From the human T2T-CHM13v2.0 reference genome, Homo sapiens, in assembly GCF_009914755.1 (NCBI RefSeq), contig NC_060930.1: 64,000 nucleotides of DNA. One strand, 5' to 3'. A program made the translations under genes and the position numbers. Below the pieces are notes generated by a model. It saw only the letters and a program-made list of their open reading frames with translations. It made no database searches and was not told the DNA's origin. Below, one piece after another: positions 1-18,796 of the stretch (position 1 is its first letter; each line of letters opens with the position of its first letter).

Positions 1-183
1 AATTATTTAATAATAAAAGTAAATATGTTCCAAACACCTTTCCTGCCATGTTTATTTTCCAAAGATAGCAAATGTTAAGTTTGTTCTGCATATTTCTATG
101 CACATACACTCAACAAAAAAATATGTACATATGCACCTATTATCAATGGTATTTGTAAAGTGTACTTTTTCTTGCCATTTTAG

Positions 184-404
184 TGTTACCACAAGCAGTC
201 ACCCAGTTTGAAGAATTGGTTGGTATGGCCGAGGCTCTGCTTAAGGGTGGGGGAACCATGTCTACATCTGCATCCACCCTCTGGAGAGCAACAAACAACT
301 CCTCGCCAGATTCATTTGCCTCAACATGCAGTAATTCTAATTCTAACTCCAGTTCACCAGTTTCCTTAAAGCCTGAGGAAGAGCATCAGACTGATGAGAA
401 ACAG
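184..404 (+). CDS. BEND6: BEND6 internal coding exon (VLPQAVTQFEELVGMAEALL...EEEHQTDEKQ)
   Basis: Pyrimidine tract and AG at 182-183; CAG|GT donor at 404/405; open frame matching recalled BEND6 protein; joins the next exon in phase 0. Confidence 0.93.
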
Positions 405-569
405 GTCAGTTGTAATACCCGCCTTATTGTTCTTTGGAATATGCTTAAATAAAAAATTTAAATAAGGGTGGAAAATGATCATTGTTTTATCAGATAACTA
501 TTGGATAAAATAGTTTTATTCAATAGGAATATTACAATTCTTAAGTACCACAAAGAAGAGGCATAAGGT

Positions 570-932
<363 letters not shown>

Positions 933-1343
933 TTAGGAGGGAGAAGAAGGTCTTCTCTGAGGAAGTCAAGATCAATCTGAGAACCAAAGGCATAAAACTG
1001 TTGTCCTTTTATAATAAAAACTAATATTTGTAAAACAAATACCCAGTTTAGAAAATTAAAGCAAATTGGGTACAAAGATAAAGTTATTAAACTTTAAAAT
1101 TCTCATACCAGTGACAGAAGGATACCTATGCATTCAGGGTTATACAATTTTATATCATTGAGAGGTAAATTTCAGCCTCAGCATGCTGGCTGAACACAAT
1201 TCTTTTTCTGTTTTTGTACTTAATCAAGACACAGATGCTAAAAAGACAGGAGTTTTGTTAGAATCAGGTAGCCTCAGTAAGTATACCATCAAAAATGATA
1301 AATATTAACTAACAATCTGACATTCAAAATATTTGAATCTTAG

Positions 1344-1942
1344 TGTATCAGTTACCTATTGCTATATAACACATTATCACAAATTTAGTGATTTCAAATG
1401 ACCCAAATTTATTATCTTAGAGTTCTATAGATCAGAAGTCTGGTACAGGTCTCACTAGACTGAAGTCAAGGTGTTAGCAGGTGCATTTCTTTCTGAAAGC
1501 TCTAGGGCAGAATCTGTTTCCTGCTCATCCAGGCTGTGGTAGAATTCATTTTCTTGTGGTTGTAAAACTGAATTCCCCATTTTCTTGCTGGTTGTAAACT
1601 GAAGGCCATTCCTACTTCTAGAAGCAATCACATTCCTTGGTTCACAGCCCACTTCGGCCATCTTCAAAGCCAGCAACAGCAAGTGAAGTCCCTCTCACAC
1701 TTCAGATCTTCCCTCCCTCTTCTGTCTCTTTTTCCTGATCTGCCCTTCTGCTTCCTTCTTCTGCTTTTAAGAACTCATGTGATTAAATTGGGCCCACCTA
1801 GGTAATCCAGGATAATCTCCCATCTCAAGGTACTTAACTTTAATCACATCTACAGAATTGTTTTTGCCCTGTGAGGCAACGTGTTATAGGTTTCAGGGAT
1901 TAGGATGTGACCTTTCAGAGGGCCATTATTCTGCCTACTACA
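1344..1942 (-). mobile_element. MLT1 (MaLR) solo LTR, MLT1D/E-like
   Basis: Typical MLT1 ends 'tgtatcagttacctattgct' and 'ggccattattctgcctactaca', plus internal 'gataatctcccatctcaagg' motif. Confidence 0.8.
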
Positions 1943-2257
1943 TTTACGATGAAGCACTGAGTATGGGACTAAGCCTGAAAGGACCAAATCCAGTTTACAT
2001 GACAAGAATTTGTATACACCCTATAACAAATACCTCATAAATATTGAAGAGTATCACAAAGATAACATTTAAATCTAATCCCTGACATGTAAAATATATA
2101 TTAAATTAAAATGTAAAATATATATTAAAATATATATATAATATCTTACCTTAAAAAATGTTGACATTGTTTTCTTTTATGCCTTAACTCAATTAGTAAC
2201 ATATTTCTCCATACAGCACTTTCTTTTTCCAACTTCAACTCTTTCTTATCTTTTTAG

Positions 2258-2450
2258 TTCCAGATTGAAAAATGGCAGATTGCCCGTTGTAACAAGAGCA
2301 AGCCTCAGAAGTTTATTAATGATTTAATGCAAGTACTTTACACAAATGAATACATGGCCACTCACAGCCTGACAGGGGCAAAATCCTCTACTTCAAGGGA
2401 CAAAGCTGTAAAACCAGCTATGAATCAGAATGAAGTCCAAGAAATCATAG
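2258..2450 (+). CDS. BEND6: BEND6 coding exon, BEN domain (FQIEKWQIARCNKSKPQKFINDLMQVLYTNEYMATHSLTGAK...QEII)
   Basis: tttttag acceptor ending 2257; G|gtgat donor at 2450/2451; BEN-domain-like 'LYTNEYMATHSLTG' motif. Confidence 0.93.
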
Positions 2451-2944
2451 GTGATAATATGATTGCGTTATATTGTCGTATGAATTTTAAATCATGTTAC
2501 CACTCAAGGTCAAGATAGTCTTTCATGGTCCTTTTATTTTTTAAAGTTTATTTTTCTGGGAAAGAAAAATCTTAGGATAGTCTAAAGCTCTCATTAAATA
2601 TGGGAAATTTTATAGAAAAACTTTACATTAACAATGGTTATTAAAATGAAACTAAGTTTTATATCACCAAAAGGTTTCAATTCATACAATTTATAGCTTT
2701 GGAAATGTAAATTTTCACAATCTTTTAAAGTAAAATTTCAATAACACTTTCTTCCTTGCTTTTGTTATATGTCTTATCTTTCATTCCAGAAAGATAAAGG
2801 CTAATTTGACCATCCTATTTATGGTTTTTAAATTAATGAATCTCCTTAAATATAATCTAGATTATCCAATTAATTTTTTGGCAACATCTGACAAATGTAA
2901 GGATTCTCTGAATCCTAGCTCTATATATGTCATTTCTTAACATA

Positions 2945-3119
2945 CAACAATGTCTGTCTTCCTGAAACAAAAAACTGCTACTTCTAACAACTGCAATGAA
3001 ATTCTTTCCCTTGGCTCACACATGCTGTTAGACTGACTTTAAAAGTTAGAGAACATGGCTGGGCGTGGTGGCTCATGCCTGTAATCCCAATGGTTTGGGA
3101 GGCTGAGGCAGACAGATAC
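2945..3119 (+). repeat. Local direct duplicate of 4734-4925 (unique flank plus first ~60 bp of an Alu)
   Basis: Near-identical to 4734-4925, including the non-consensus Alu bases 'tcccaatggtttgggaggctgag.cagacagatac'. Confidence 0.9.
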
Positions 3120-3471
3120 AGAAAAAGATCAGTCAGAGTTTAGTTGTTTCAATTAATGTTGGAAATGGATAAAAATACATTCCTAACATTTTAGAGCAAG
3201 AGGACTTAGAGTTTAAAGCAAGTAGGAGGATTAAAGTTAATCACTACCATAGGATCTCAGTTGATAATATAGACCTTCTGATATCTCTTGCTTTACTTAG
3301 AAAAACCTGCCTATATATTCATCTGTTTAAATAGCTCATGGGTGTTTGGGCTACTTTTGTAAAATGGAAAAAAAATTATAATGTAGAATACTTGATGTTT
3401 TACCTCAGTTCATACCCTAAGATGCAAAGCACTCATGAAGTTTCTCATGTGTCGCTATTGGTTTTTTACAG

Positions 3472-3599
3472 GAGTAACAAAACAATTATTTCCCAATACG
3501 GATGATGTTTCAATTAGGAGAATGATAGGGCAAAAGCTAAACAACTGTACCAAGAAGCCAAATTTAAGCAAAAATCTTAACTCTCAGGATATTAAATAG
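3472..3599 (+). CDS. BEND6: BEND6 last coding exon (GVTKQLFPNTDDVSIRRMIGQKLNNCTKK...QDIK*); exon continues to 3608
   Basis: ttttttacag acceptor ending 3471; phase matches previous exon; TAG at 3597-3599; gtaagt donor at 3609. Confidence 0.92.
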
Positions 3600-4862
3600 A
3601 TCCTTTTGGTAAGTCTTTTAAATCTTCAGTCCTTTCAATGTGGCAAGAAAATGTCATAATACTTTTATTTTATTGGAATAGCATTTTCCAATCACTCTAC
3701 TAGAAAATACTAGTGACCCATGAAAAGCTAATAGGTATTCCTGGTGGCAAAAGGGGAGAACTGGGAGTGGGGTTTGAATTGGAAAATGCTGGGTTCAGTT
3801 TTTCTTCCTCAGAACCTCTCAGATATTTTGATGCCCTTTTAACATGCTCATGTGCACCAGAAATCTCTAAGAAAGGGATATAGTATGTAGTGTTTTCCAA
3901 ATGTGTTTTACTGAGGAAATTTTTTCACAGAATCCTGTTAACTTGGTGGGGATAGAAAGGAGCCAAAGGAAGGACACATGACAATTTAAGAAGTATTTCT
4001 CTCTAGGACAGAGGAGATTTAGACCCTTGGGAAATCTGAAGTACATCGATGAGACTGAACTTACAGCTAGCTCTAACAGTGGTCTGACAGTTGTGCAAAC
4101 TATTGGCTGAAGTGTGCAGCGTTCTTCTCCACCATCCTACATGTTGCTTCGCATGGTCTTTAAATTTTTAAATTAGTTGTTATTGTTTAATAAGGATTTT
4201 TACCAAGATGCATGTCCTATACTAAGAAAAAGAATAATTTTTTAGTGAGAGTTCTAAAGTAAATAGACTTTCTAGTCAAGCCTTGACCCAGGCAAAACTG
4301 TGAAGTGGAATTTTGCCACCCACTATCCTGGCTAGCTCACTTTTACTTACCCCTCCTCTCTCTCAACTATTTTGATGGAAAATACGTGAAACCATGTGTA
4401 TGACGTGTTAAAATTTTCATTGATTAATAGAGGCATGTGGGTAACACATGAGGGTAAGGCCCACCACAGATATTCCTTTTTTCTTTCCATTTTCCTTCCA
4501 CTTCTATCTTTGACTTGTACTTTGCCTGTCTTCTGCCTAATACCAGCCACTTTCGAGACCATTTTACTTGACTTCATTTCTTCTGACCATGTTTTAAATG
4601 AGATGTGGAGCTGAATGTAATGCAGTAATCCCCTGCCCCAAACGCCCTACATGTTACTGACTACCACTCCCATCCTCCCCCAAGAGTCCCTTATCTATTT
4701 TGCCACACAACTAAGACCAGCTCTGCCGAGAGTCAACAATGTCTGTCTTCCTGAAACAAAAACATAAACAAATCAAAAAACTATTACTTGTAACAACTGC
4801 AGTGAAATTCTTTCCCTTGGCTCACACATACTGTTAGACTGACTTTAAAAGTTAGAGAACAT

Positions 4863-5771
<909 letters not shown>

Positions 5772-6870
5772 AATTTCCTTTTCTAAATGGTATGTTACCA
5801 GACCTCCAAGTCAAGTGGCTATCTTTTGGGGCACACTGTTATATTTCAGAGGTCTGTAAAGCATTTTGATATCCTAAACTCTTGTTTTTTGTTTTTTTTT
5901 TTTTTAATATTTCTGACTTCCAAGGATAGGCACAAAACTCATCTCTGACTATATCAGCCAGCAGAATGTTAAAGAAGTGAAAGTTAAGAGATTTTTATAT
6001 CAGTTTTGCTTGTACTTAACAATAGAAGTGTTATTAAATCTGCTAGCTATGGCATTAATTAAAATTGAAACAAGGAACAGACATTTTGCTATGAACTTTG
6101 TGCCTTTTGAACCTGAGCCTGACTTAATAGTGCCAAGTTGTTTAGACTGGAAATGCATGTATTTTGAATCAGTAATGGAGATTAGCTAGAATGGAATTTT
6201 TTAAATTTGCAAATATCTTTCATTTTAAGTATGGTTGAATTCAAATTATTGCAAAAAGGACTGAGGAAAATATGCTGGAAAAGACAGGGTCAGGTAAGAC
6301 CTAATTTGGACATGCTTGATAAATTAATCAGATATAGCACCATCTAGTGGAATACTGTTATATTTTTCTGTTCTCAGTCATTTAACTCACAGGAGCCTAT
6401 GGCCCTGCCCTGCCACCAAAAATATTCTTTGAAAAACTTACTTTTCTAGCATGGTCCCTGTGGTAGACCGTGCCCTCCACTCAGTCCTGAGCTCAGGTTG
6501 TCACTGGTGGCTTAGATTTAAAAGGGTAACAATTTCCCAGCTATGGCTCAGGTCTGTGAGGGTAAGGCCTAAATTCCTCCCTTTTTTTGATATATTCTTT
6601 CTTATTCCTGTGGCTGCCCTAAAGTTGCCTGTAGCTCTCACATGCAAGAGCTTGATTTTTTTCCAGCCTGTCTCCATTTTTTACTTCTTTCTTGCAGGCA
6701 TTGAAGAAAAATGTATTTATAAGATTTACAGAATATTAGGCTATCACCTCTATAACATCCAACTAAGTGACCAAACTGCCTTCTCCTGAAATTTCCAAAG
6801 CGGCCTCAGGGTATATAATCTCTGGCGTAATGTTACATAACATATATTATAACTTATAGGTGATCTAATA

Positions 6871-7032
6871 CAGTGGTGCTAAAATGGTGGGGGGCGGCGG
6901 AGAGGGAGGTGTGATTTAGCCACCTTCCTCCAACGCAGGGTATTTAGGAATGCCTGGAGATATTTTTGATTGTCAAAACTGGTGGTACTTCTGGCATCCG
7001 GTGGTCAGAGGCCAGGGATGCTGCTAAACATC
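6871..7032. mobile_element. MER20 (hAT-Charlie MITE) fragment truncated by L1
   Basis: 'cagtggt...tggagatatttttgattgtca...ctggcatc...gaggccagggatgctgctaaacatc' matches recalled MER20. Confidence 0.75.
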
Positions 7033-10000
7033 GTTGTTGAATTTGGTTTGCTAGTATTTTGTTGAAGATTTTTGTATCTGGCTCATCAGTGATGCTGGCC
7101 TGTAGTTTTGTTTTTTTGTTGTGCCCTTCTCTGGTTTTGGTGTCATGGAAATACTACTTTGTAGAATGAGTTTGGAAGTATTCCCTCCTCTTCAATTTTT
7201 CTTTTTTTCTTTTTCTTTTTTTTTTTTTTTTTTGAAGAATTAGAGCAGAACTGGTATTACTGTCTCTTCAAATGTTTGTAGATTCAGGGGTAAAGCCATC
7301 AGGTACTGGGCTTTTCTTTGATGGAAGACTTTTTATTATAATTTTGATCTTGTTACTCCCTATTGATTTGTTGAAGTTTTCTATTTCTTCATGGTTCAAT
7401 CTTGCTAGGTTGTATGTGTCCAGGAATTTAACCATTTCTTCTAGGTTTTCCAATTTGTTGGCAAAGAGTTTTTCATAATACTCTCTAATGAGTCTTTGTA
7501 TTTGTGTGGTCTCGGTTATTATGTATCCTTTTCCATGTCTCATTTTATTTATTTGGCCTTCTCTTTGTTATTTCTTAGTCTGGCTAATGGTTTGCTGATT
7601 TTCTTTGTCTTCTAAAAACACCAGTTTTTTCTTTCATTGATCTGGTTTTTTAAATCTCCTTTTTTGTTTGTTTGTTTTTTGTTTTTTGGCTCTGATCTTT
7701 ATTATCTCTTTCCTTCTACTAGGTTTAGGCTCCGTTTGTTCCTGCTTTTCTAGTTCTTTGAGGTACACCATTAGGTTGTTTATTTGAAGTCTTTCTACTT
7801 TTTTGATATAGGTGTTTATTGCTACAAACTTCCATCTCAGTACTGCTTCTGCTGTATAGTATAGATTTGGGAATGTTGTATCTCCATTTACATTTGTTTC
7901 AAGAAATTTTATACTTTTTTTCTTAATTACTTCATTGGTCATTCACGAGCTTGTTATTTAATTTCCATGTGTTTGTGCATTTTCTGAGACCCTCAGGTTA
8001 TCAGTTTCTAGTGTCATTCCATGGTGGTCATAAAAAATACTTGATATGATTTCTACTGTTTTGAATTTATTGAGACTTGTTTTGTGGCCTAGATATAGCC
8101 TATTCTGGAGAACGTGCCATGTGTTAATGAAAACAATGTGTATTTTATAACAGTTGGGTGAAATATTCTGTGAATATCAGTTTGGCCTATGTGATCTATG
8201 GTGTACTTTAACTCCAGTGTTTCCTTGTCAATTTTCTGTCTGGAGGATCTGTCCATTATTGAGAGTGAGGTGTTGAAGTTCCTCAGTATTATTATATTGC
8301 AATCTGTCTCTCCCTTTAGATCTATTAATGTTTGCTTTATATACTTGGGAGCTCTTGTGTTGTGTGCATAGACATTTTAAACTATTATAGCCTCTTGCTG
8401 AAATGACTTCCTTATTATTATAAGTGACCTCCTGTGTCTCTTTTTACAGTCTTTGACTTGTACCTGTTTTACCTGATATAACTACTTCTGCTCTTTTTTG
8501 GTTCCCAGTTGCATCACGTATCTATTTCTACACCTTCACTTTCAATCGATGTGTGTCTTTATAGGTGAAGTGGCTTTCTCATAGGCAACATGGTAGTTGG
8601 GTCTTGTTTCTTTGCATTCAGCCATCCTATACCTTTTAATTGGAAAACTGAGTCCATTTACATTCAATGTTACTATTTTTCTTTGAGGCAAGGTCTTACT
8701 CTTGTCCAGGCAGTGGTGTGATCATGACTCACTGCAGCCTCAACTTCTTGGGCTCCAGCGATCTTCCTACCACAGCCTTCTGAGTAGCTAGGACTATAGG
8801 CACATGCCACCACACCTAGCTAGTAAGCTAGGATCTCACTATGTTGCCTAGGCTCAGTGTTATTATTGATCAGGACTTACTACTGCTATTTTGTAGCTTG
8901 TATATTTTCTAACTCCTCTCTTCCTTTCTTCCTTTTGTACTGTCTTCCTTTGTGGTTAAATGATTTTCTCTGGTAATATGTTGTAATTTGTTGCTTTTTA
9001 TTTTTAGTGAATCTATTAAAGGTTTTTGCATTGTGGTTACTATGAAGCTTATAAAAATATACACATAAGAAGTTGTTTTTAAAAGATGACGATTTTTATT
9101 ACAAAGAAGTTTTAAAAAAACTTTATAAAGGGGTTTCTTAGGTCTACGGTTTAATTGCATTCACCCCACATTTTGACTTTATGTTGTCTCATTGACATGT
9201 TTTTATATTGCCTATCTCTTAATAGGTTGCTGTAGATGTTATTGTTTTGATACATTTGTCTTTTGAGCTTTGTAGTGGTGTTATGAGTGGATTGTAAATG
9301 ACAATTACAGTTTTAGATAATTTTAGGTTTGTTTGTATACTTAATTTTACCAGTGGGTTTTATACCTTCAGATGTTTTGTTCTTGCACATTAGCATTTTT
9401 GTCTTTCAGACTAAAGAGCTCTCTTTAGATTTCTTATGAGACTGTTGGTGATGAATTCTCTCAGCTTTTGTTTCTCTGGGAAAGATTTTACATATCCTTC
9501 GCATTTGAAAGATAACTCTGCTGGATACAGTATTTTTGGATGACAGTTTTTTTTTTTCCTTTGAGCCCTTTGAAAATGTTGTTTCACTCCTTTCTGGCCT
9601 GCGTGGTTTCTGTTGAGAAGTCTATTGCCAGGTGAATTTGAATTCCTTTATATGTTAGTTGCTTCTTCTCTCTGGCTCCTCTTAGAATCCTGCTTTGTCC
9701 CTGATGTTTGAGAATTTGTTACATGCTTTTGGGTAGTCTTATTTGAGTTGAATGTGTTTGGTGTTCTCTGACCTTCCTGTACCTGGATATTTAGCTCTTC
9801 CTCAAGTTTTGGAAAGTTTTCTGTTACTATTTTTTAAAAAGCACTTTCCACTCCTTGCTCTTGTGTGATTCCCTCTTGAATAATAATAAGTCTTCGATTT
9901 GGTCTTTTGAGTTAATTGTCTGTATCTTGGAGGTGACCTTCATTCCTCTCATTCTTGTTTCTTTTTGCTCCTCTGACTGTATATTTTCAAAAAGCCTGTC

Positions 10001-11010
10001 TTTGATTTCACAGGTTATTTTCTCCACTTAATCCATTCTGCTGTTGAGAGCCTCTAATGAATTTTTCAGTTCAGCAAATGTATTTCTCAATTCCAAGATT
10101 TCTGTTTGATTTTTTAAATTATTCCTATCTCTTTGTTAAATATCTCTGATAAATTTATGAATTGTTTTTCTGTTTTCTGGGAGGTCACATAGTTTCCCTA
10201 AAACTGCTATTTTGAATTCTTGGTCAGAGAGTTCACATATCACCGTCTCACTAAGGTCAGTCACTGATTTCTTGCTTTGTCTGTATGAAGAGGTCATTGT
10301 TTCCTGTTTGCTATTATTTCTTGTGGATCTACATCTATGACTTTGCATTGAAAGACTAGTTATTTATTTCTGTCTTTTTGGTCTGACTTGTTTTGGTTTT
10401 TATTGGATATGTTTGCTTATTTGTAATATACCAGTTGATTTTCTCTTTTTTCCCAACTAGGTCACTGCCTCCTTTTTGGCACTAACTGGTGCCTTAAGCC
10501 CAAGTTTGCCTCAGTTCTAGCCAGCAATCAGAGTGCTGCCTGACCTGAATGGGGGATGTCCCAAAGAGGATATCCTGGTTATGTGAAAAGGCTGGCTAGG
10601 GATCCATGCTCAGGGGACCTGTGGAACACACCTCTTACAGTGTAGTCCTGCTGAACAGGCACTCTGATTTGGTGCCTCAAGATGATGAGGAAGCTCACTG
10701 TCCACCTTGATCTCACTTTTTGCAGTGTAGAAACTGAGTCAGGAAGAAATTTTCCTTGTGTTTGATGCTGGGGATATTAGGGGAGAGGATTATTGTGGAT
10801 AAGGAAGCCTGAATCTCTTACCACCTGCTTGGAGCTTTTCGTTTTTATTTTTTAACTTCTCTGTGGCCTGGGAAACTGTTTCATCCTCTTATTTGAGTTC
10901 TGGGATATTGCTGGTGAAAATCTTGGCACTGTATGTTTGTTTTTGGTTTTCTGTGATAGGGAGTGAAGCCAGCTTGCTTCTACACTGCTATTTTGGAACC
11001 AGAGTCCCTC
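7033..11010 (-). mobile_element. Old L1 (L1M-type) 5' portion: 5'UTR, ORF1 and endonuclease part of ORF2, decayed; Alu fragment at ~8680-8855
   Basis: Minus-strand peptides '[26 protein letters not shown]' and 'KFVAINTYIKKVERLQINNL' (ORF2); 'CELSDQEFKIAVL' (ORF1). Confidence 0.88.
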
Positions 11011-11132
11011 AACAATTTGTATTTTTAATACAAATTTGTAGTAGATACAAAAACAAATAACTCATATAACTGTTAAAATACTACGAGAATGTTAACATAA
11101 ATTTGTATTTCTTTGAAATTTGCTTTTTGTAG

Positions 11133-12390
11133 GTATTACAGGTATCTGAAACAAAGCACCTTCAATTCTAAATCTAGCACTGGATTTTGTTGGAGAATCT
11201 GCAGCCTTCCTGGCAGTGAGAAAGACAGACATGTGCAGTGACAGGCTGTAAGACATATGTAACATTGCTGAGCTCTCCTAAGGGACCAACAAGCTTGCTG
11301 AAGAAGCTGCATGTAGATTCCACCCTCAGTACTAGTGATGCATCAAACCAGAGAATTTCTGCCAGTCAAATAAGCATGCAATATGGTTTCTTTGGAAATA
11401 AGCATTTCCCAATCCCCAAATACCCCTCTGTACAGTTAATCTAACAGGATAGTCAGAGCTCTTATCATAGCAGCCAAAACTTCAGCCCATAGGTTAGTCA
11501 TTGTCCTAACCAATCATTGTACATTGATTATTACCAGTGACTTCCCATTATAGTTTTTGGATCTTTAGCATAAGCACATGCTTGCAAAAGTAAACAGTGA
11601 AATAATTAATGTTGGCAAATATGAGAACAACAAAGTCAGCCCAAAATCTGATAATCATGTCTAACCAAGTAATAATGTTTTAGCAATAAAATTACAGGAT
11701 TATTCTGTTATCTAAAAATGTATAAAATGGGAATATGAAAAAAATGACAACAGCAAGATGTTTTATTTTAATGTTAAGCAATTCCACCACACTTCTGAAG
11801 AATAAACCTAAGTTTTTGTGATTGTTAAAACAATGCATCAATTTTCAGGGAAATCTTTTTGTTTGTTTATTTACCAGACATGTTCTAACTTTGTATTGCC
11901 CAAAGTATATTAAATACAGATGTGTAATATAAAGCATCAATATCACCTAACACATCGTATATAAGATATAACATGATAGATAGTTGGTCGATTACATTGC
12001 TATACTGCTTAGTTTTAACTGGTTTATTTTTATTGTAGCAGAAATGAACTGAAAAAAAATATGGGTTTGATAATCACACACATGAAAGTACCATTTTGTA
12101 ACTCAACAAAAGATAAAACATTCTTCATCAAAAGGCTTCTCGCTTGGTGTCAGGTTGTCACATGTGACCACTGTGCAATGCGAAGCCATACTTCTTCAGT
12201 GCACAAAGTCATGTTTAAACTTGGAAAAGAGGATGCTACAGTAGTTTCAAAGTTCAGTGTTGTGGACCCAGGAAATTTTCCATAAGTCTTGCTTGATAAC
12301 AATGTGATTGTACAAAATAAATGTTCTTAAGGAAACAACTTATGTAACATTTGCTACCTTTATGTAAACATAAATAAATCCCATTTAAAA
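11133..12390 (+). other. BEND6: Probable BEND6 terminal non-coding (3'UTR) exon
   Basis: tgctttttgtag acceptor ending 11132; repeat-free AT-rich sequence; AATAAA at 12316 and 12373. The donor at 3609 requires a downstream exon. The 3' end is approximate. Confidence 0.65.
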
Positions 12391-13932
12391 GATAAAACTT
12401 ATTTTCTTGTTTCTTTATTAATGCATAAAAATTAGGGAAATATTTTTTTCTAGGCTGATAGCTTTTTCACTCATCCATTAAGGCATTACCATTACGATTT
12501 GACTATGTAGCTCTGACTCATTTTTCTTGTAAAGAGCCATGCTATGTAGGATATATAGACAACGTCCAGGAAAGTAAATACATTTAATATTTTTATTGAG
12601 AAAGGATAATCTTACTAAGATGTATGCTATTTGCTTTATTAAAAATGCTACTTGATAATGTAAGTTTTGCCTACTAAAGGTAAATAAAATTACTTTTGCA
12701 AAACATAACCGTATTATTCAACTGGAACTTGTATGGTCTTTTCTTATGTATTTTGAAATATGTTGATATCTTTATAGATAATAGAATAAATGTATTTTTT
12801 ATTCATCTTTGTAAATTGGTTCTAAATGAGTTACAGAATAAGAAAACTAATAAAACTGAAGAGAGTGCCCAGCAAGCAATTCATATACATGTATGTGTCT
12901 ATATATATATATTATGTATTCACATGTATAATACTTAAGAATATGGTTAAAGCAGAATCTTTAATAAGTAGGGAAAGGAAGGTTTATTCAATGATACTGA
13001 GACAACTAATAAATGGAAAACATTGTTATATTCCTACTTCAAATCATATTACATAGAAACTTTCAGATGAATGAAAAGCAAAAAATGGACTCAGATGAAA
13101 AAACTTTTAAATACAAGAATATTTTTATGTTCTCTGAATAAGAAATACATTTTCAATACAAAGGTAGTTCAGCCAAAATGCCGAAGAAAACACTTACTAA
13201 CATGAGTTCCTACATGTGTGTTCTGTGATTTTCCTACACAGAGGTGATCATTTCACTAAAAACTTTACCCTGTGGTGGATATATGACATGGTCAGCATTC
13301 TCGCTAGTTCTGTGAAATCATCCTTCTTGCGAATGTTTTCATGCATTTATCCATTTTTCCAGCTTTATTGAATTGTTTCTTATAAAATCTTTGTATTGAT
13401 GCTGCACTATAGTCTTTCTTGAACACTTATTGTTTAATGACATAGTTTTTCCTGGACCAGCAATTTACAGGCAGTTTCATGGATGGTAGGAGACTCCAGG
13501 GTTTTCTTTTGGGCTTTAAACCTTGCAAAGGCCCTTTCTTTGCTGTCACAGAGACCAGTGATCCTGACAGGTATGGCTTTTCTGGGAAATTTTTTTGTGC
13601 ATCCTTGCTTCCTCTAGTTCTCTGATCTAAGCTGAATTTGAAAGGGTTTCTGTCACCAGCCCTGCACTTCCCAGGCCCTTCAGGACCTGTAAACAAAGAG
13701 CAAAGCCCTTGGCCGGGCATGCAACATCACAAAACCGTCTTTACTAAAAAAAAAAAAGAAAGAAAGAAAGAAAGAAAGAAAAATTAGCTGGGCATTGTGG
13801 CCTGTGCCTGTAGTCCCAGCTACTTGGGAAGCTGAGGTGGGAGGATCACTTGAGCCCAGGAGGTCAAGGCTGCAGTGAGTTATTGTGGATGTCATGGGCT
13901 CTTGACCCCCATAAAGATTTGCTAAAAATCAC

Positions 13933-16948
<3,016 letters not shown>

Positions 16949-17526
16949 TCACTAACATGAGGCAGATTGATCAATAGTAGAAAAAAGCATCCAAATTTAT
17001 TTAACAGGTATACACAGGAGTCTTCAGAGTTGCTACCGGCGAATCCACAGGGGTCCGCAGCAACCTCAATTTTTGCCTCCTCAGGAGAAAGAATTCAACT
17101 GAAGGGCATAAAGTAGAAGGAGAGACCGAGGCAAGTTTCAGAGCAGGAGTGCAAGTTTATTAAAAAGCTTTATTTAGAACAGGAAGGAAAGGAAAGAAAA
17201 GAAGGAAAGTACAACTTGGAAGAGGGCCAAGTGGGCGACTCGAGAAACCAAGTTCACCTCTTCCCATCTTTAATATTGCGACAATGTATCTGAACCTATC
17301 TTTTGGCACTTACCTCTTTTTCACTAGTATTAAGTAGTATTATGTGTATATCAATTCCTCTGATACAGTTTGACTGACTGTCTTCATGTCTGCATGAGTG
17401 TGTATTTATACTTGTTTATTTATATACCATTGATTTCCAAAAGAAGAAATATTGGCAGCAGTTTGCAAAGGAACTACTATACTGGTTAACATAGATGTTG
17501 TGACTGAGTTAAATTTGAGTTTCTGA

Positions 17527-17921
<395 letters not shown>

Positions 17922-18429
17922 TAAATTCTGGAGGAAATTTTAATAAGGAATATCATGTAAAATTTTACAATGGACAATCATATTTGTTTTGCAGCAAATG
18001 TAGAAGATGTTGACTATTGTTCTAGACTAAAAATAGCATAGACTTGGGTTTTACTTCTGTTTCTGACATGTCCAAACACCATACCTTTGGACAAAATACC
18101 ATTTTACTTGTCTCAGTTTAGTTAATTATAAAATAGGGATGATACCACTTACTCACAAAGTTTAGATTTGAATGAGGCAACGTCTATCAGGTATCTGTCA
18201 AATGGTGGGTTTAAGCATATCTTAATTTACATATATCTCTTCTTACAATGATTTTCAATAAAAACTCAAGGGCATACCGCTAGGTTTACCCGCAATGCAG
18301 GTAATTTTACAAGGGGCAAGCAAATATCTGCAAGGTTAATACCCTTCTGGGAGTTTGGTATAAACCAAAAGAACACTTAAGTAGCTGGCAGGGTAGATGG
18401 AAGACATGTGTCTTGAAATATTTTTCTTG

Positions 18430-18551
18430 AACTTTGGTCTGGAATGAGCAAGGGCAGCTTGGAGGTTAGAAGCAAAATGGAGTTGGTTAGGTCAGATCCC
18501 CTCCACTGTCAAAATTTTCTCACTGTTATAACTTTTGCAAAGGTGGTTTCA
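18430..18551 (-). mobile_element. Second LTR8-family 5' fragment, opposite orientation to the one at 13933
   Basis: Reverse complement reads tgaaaccacctttgcaaaagttataacagtgagaaaattttgacagt...gcttctaacctcc, homologous to 13933-14040. Confidence 0.75.
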
Positions 18552-18796
18552 TTTTCAGGAAGTATACTTTTATTGATGCTGTCTGAGATCTACCATTCAT
18601 GAAGTACCTTGACATTCTCTTTGCATTTTTGCCCAATTTAACTTCCAACAGCAACTTTTAAAAGTCTTTGGATTCGGTAGAGATTTTCGGTCACTTACAT
18701 CGCTAAAGATACCAGACCTGGTATTTTGTTTTTACTGTGTAAGAAAGTCCACTTTCATAATCATACGGGAGAGTTAGATCCAGTGCTGCTACTGCA

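Noticed and set aside
11238-11444. Plus-strand ORF in the BEND6 terminal exon, with a similar peptide at 48948-49185
   Set aside because: Frames differ between the two copies, and read-through from BEND6 meets a stop within ~15 codons; the similarity is explained by DNA-level paralogy.
12157-12168. Perfect 12-bp palindrome gtcacatgtgac (E-box-like) in the BEND6 3'UTR
   Set aside because: Palindromes of this length are expected by chance in 64 kb; no other support.
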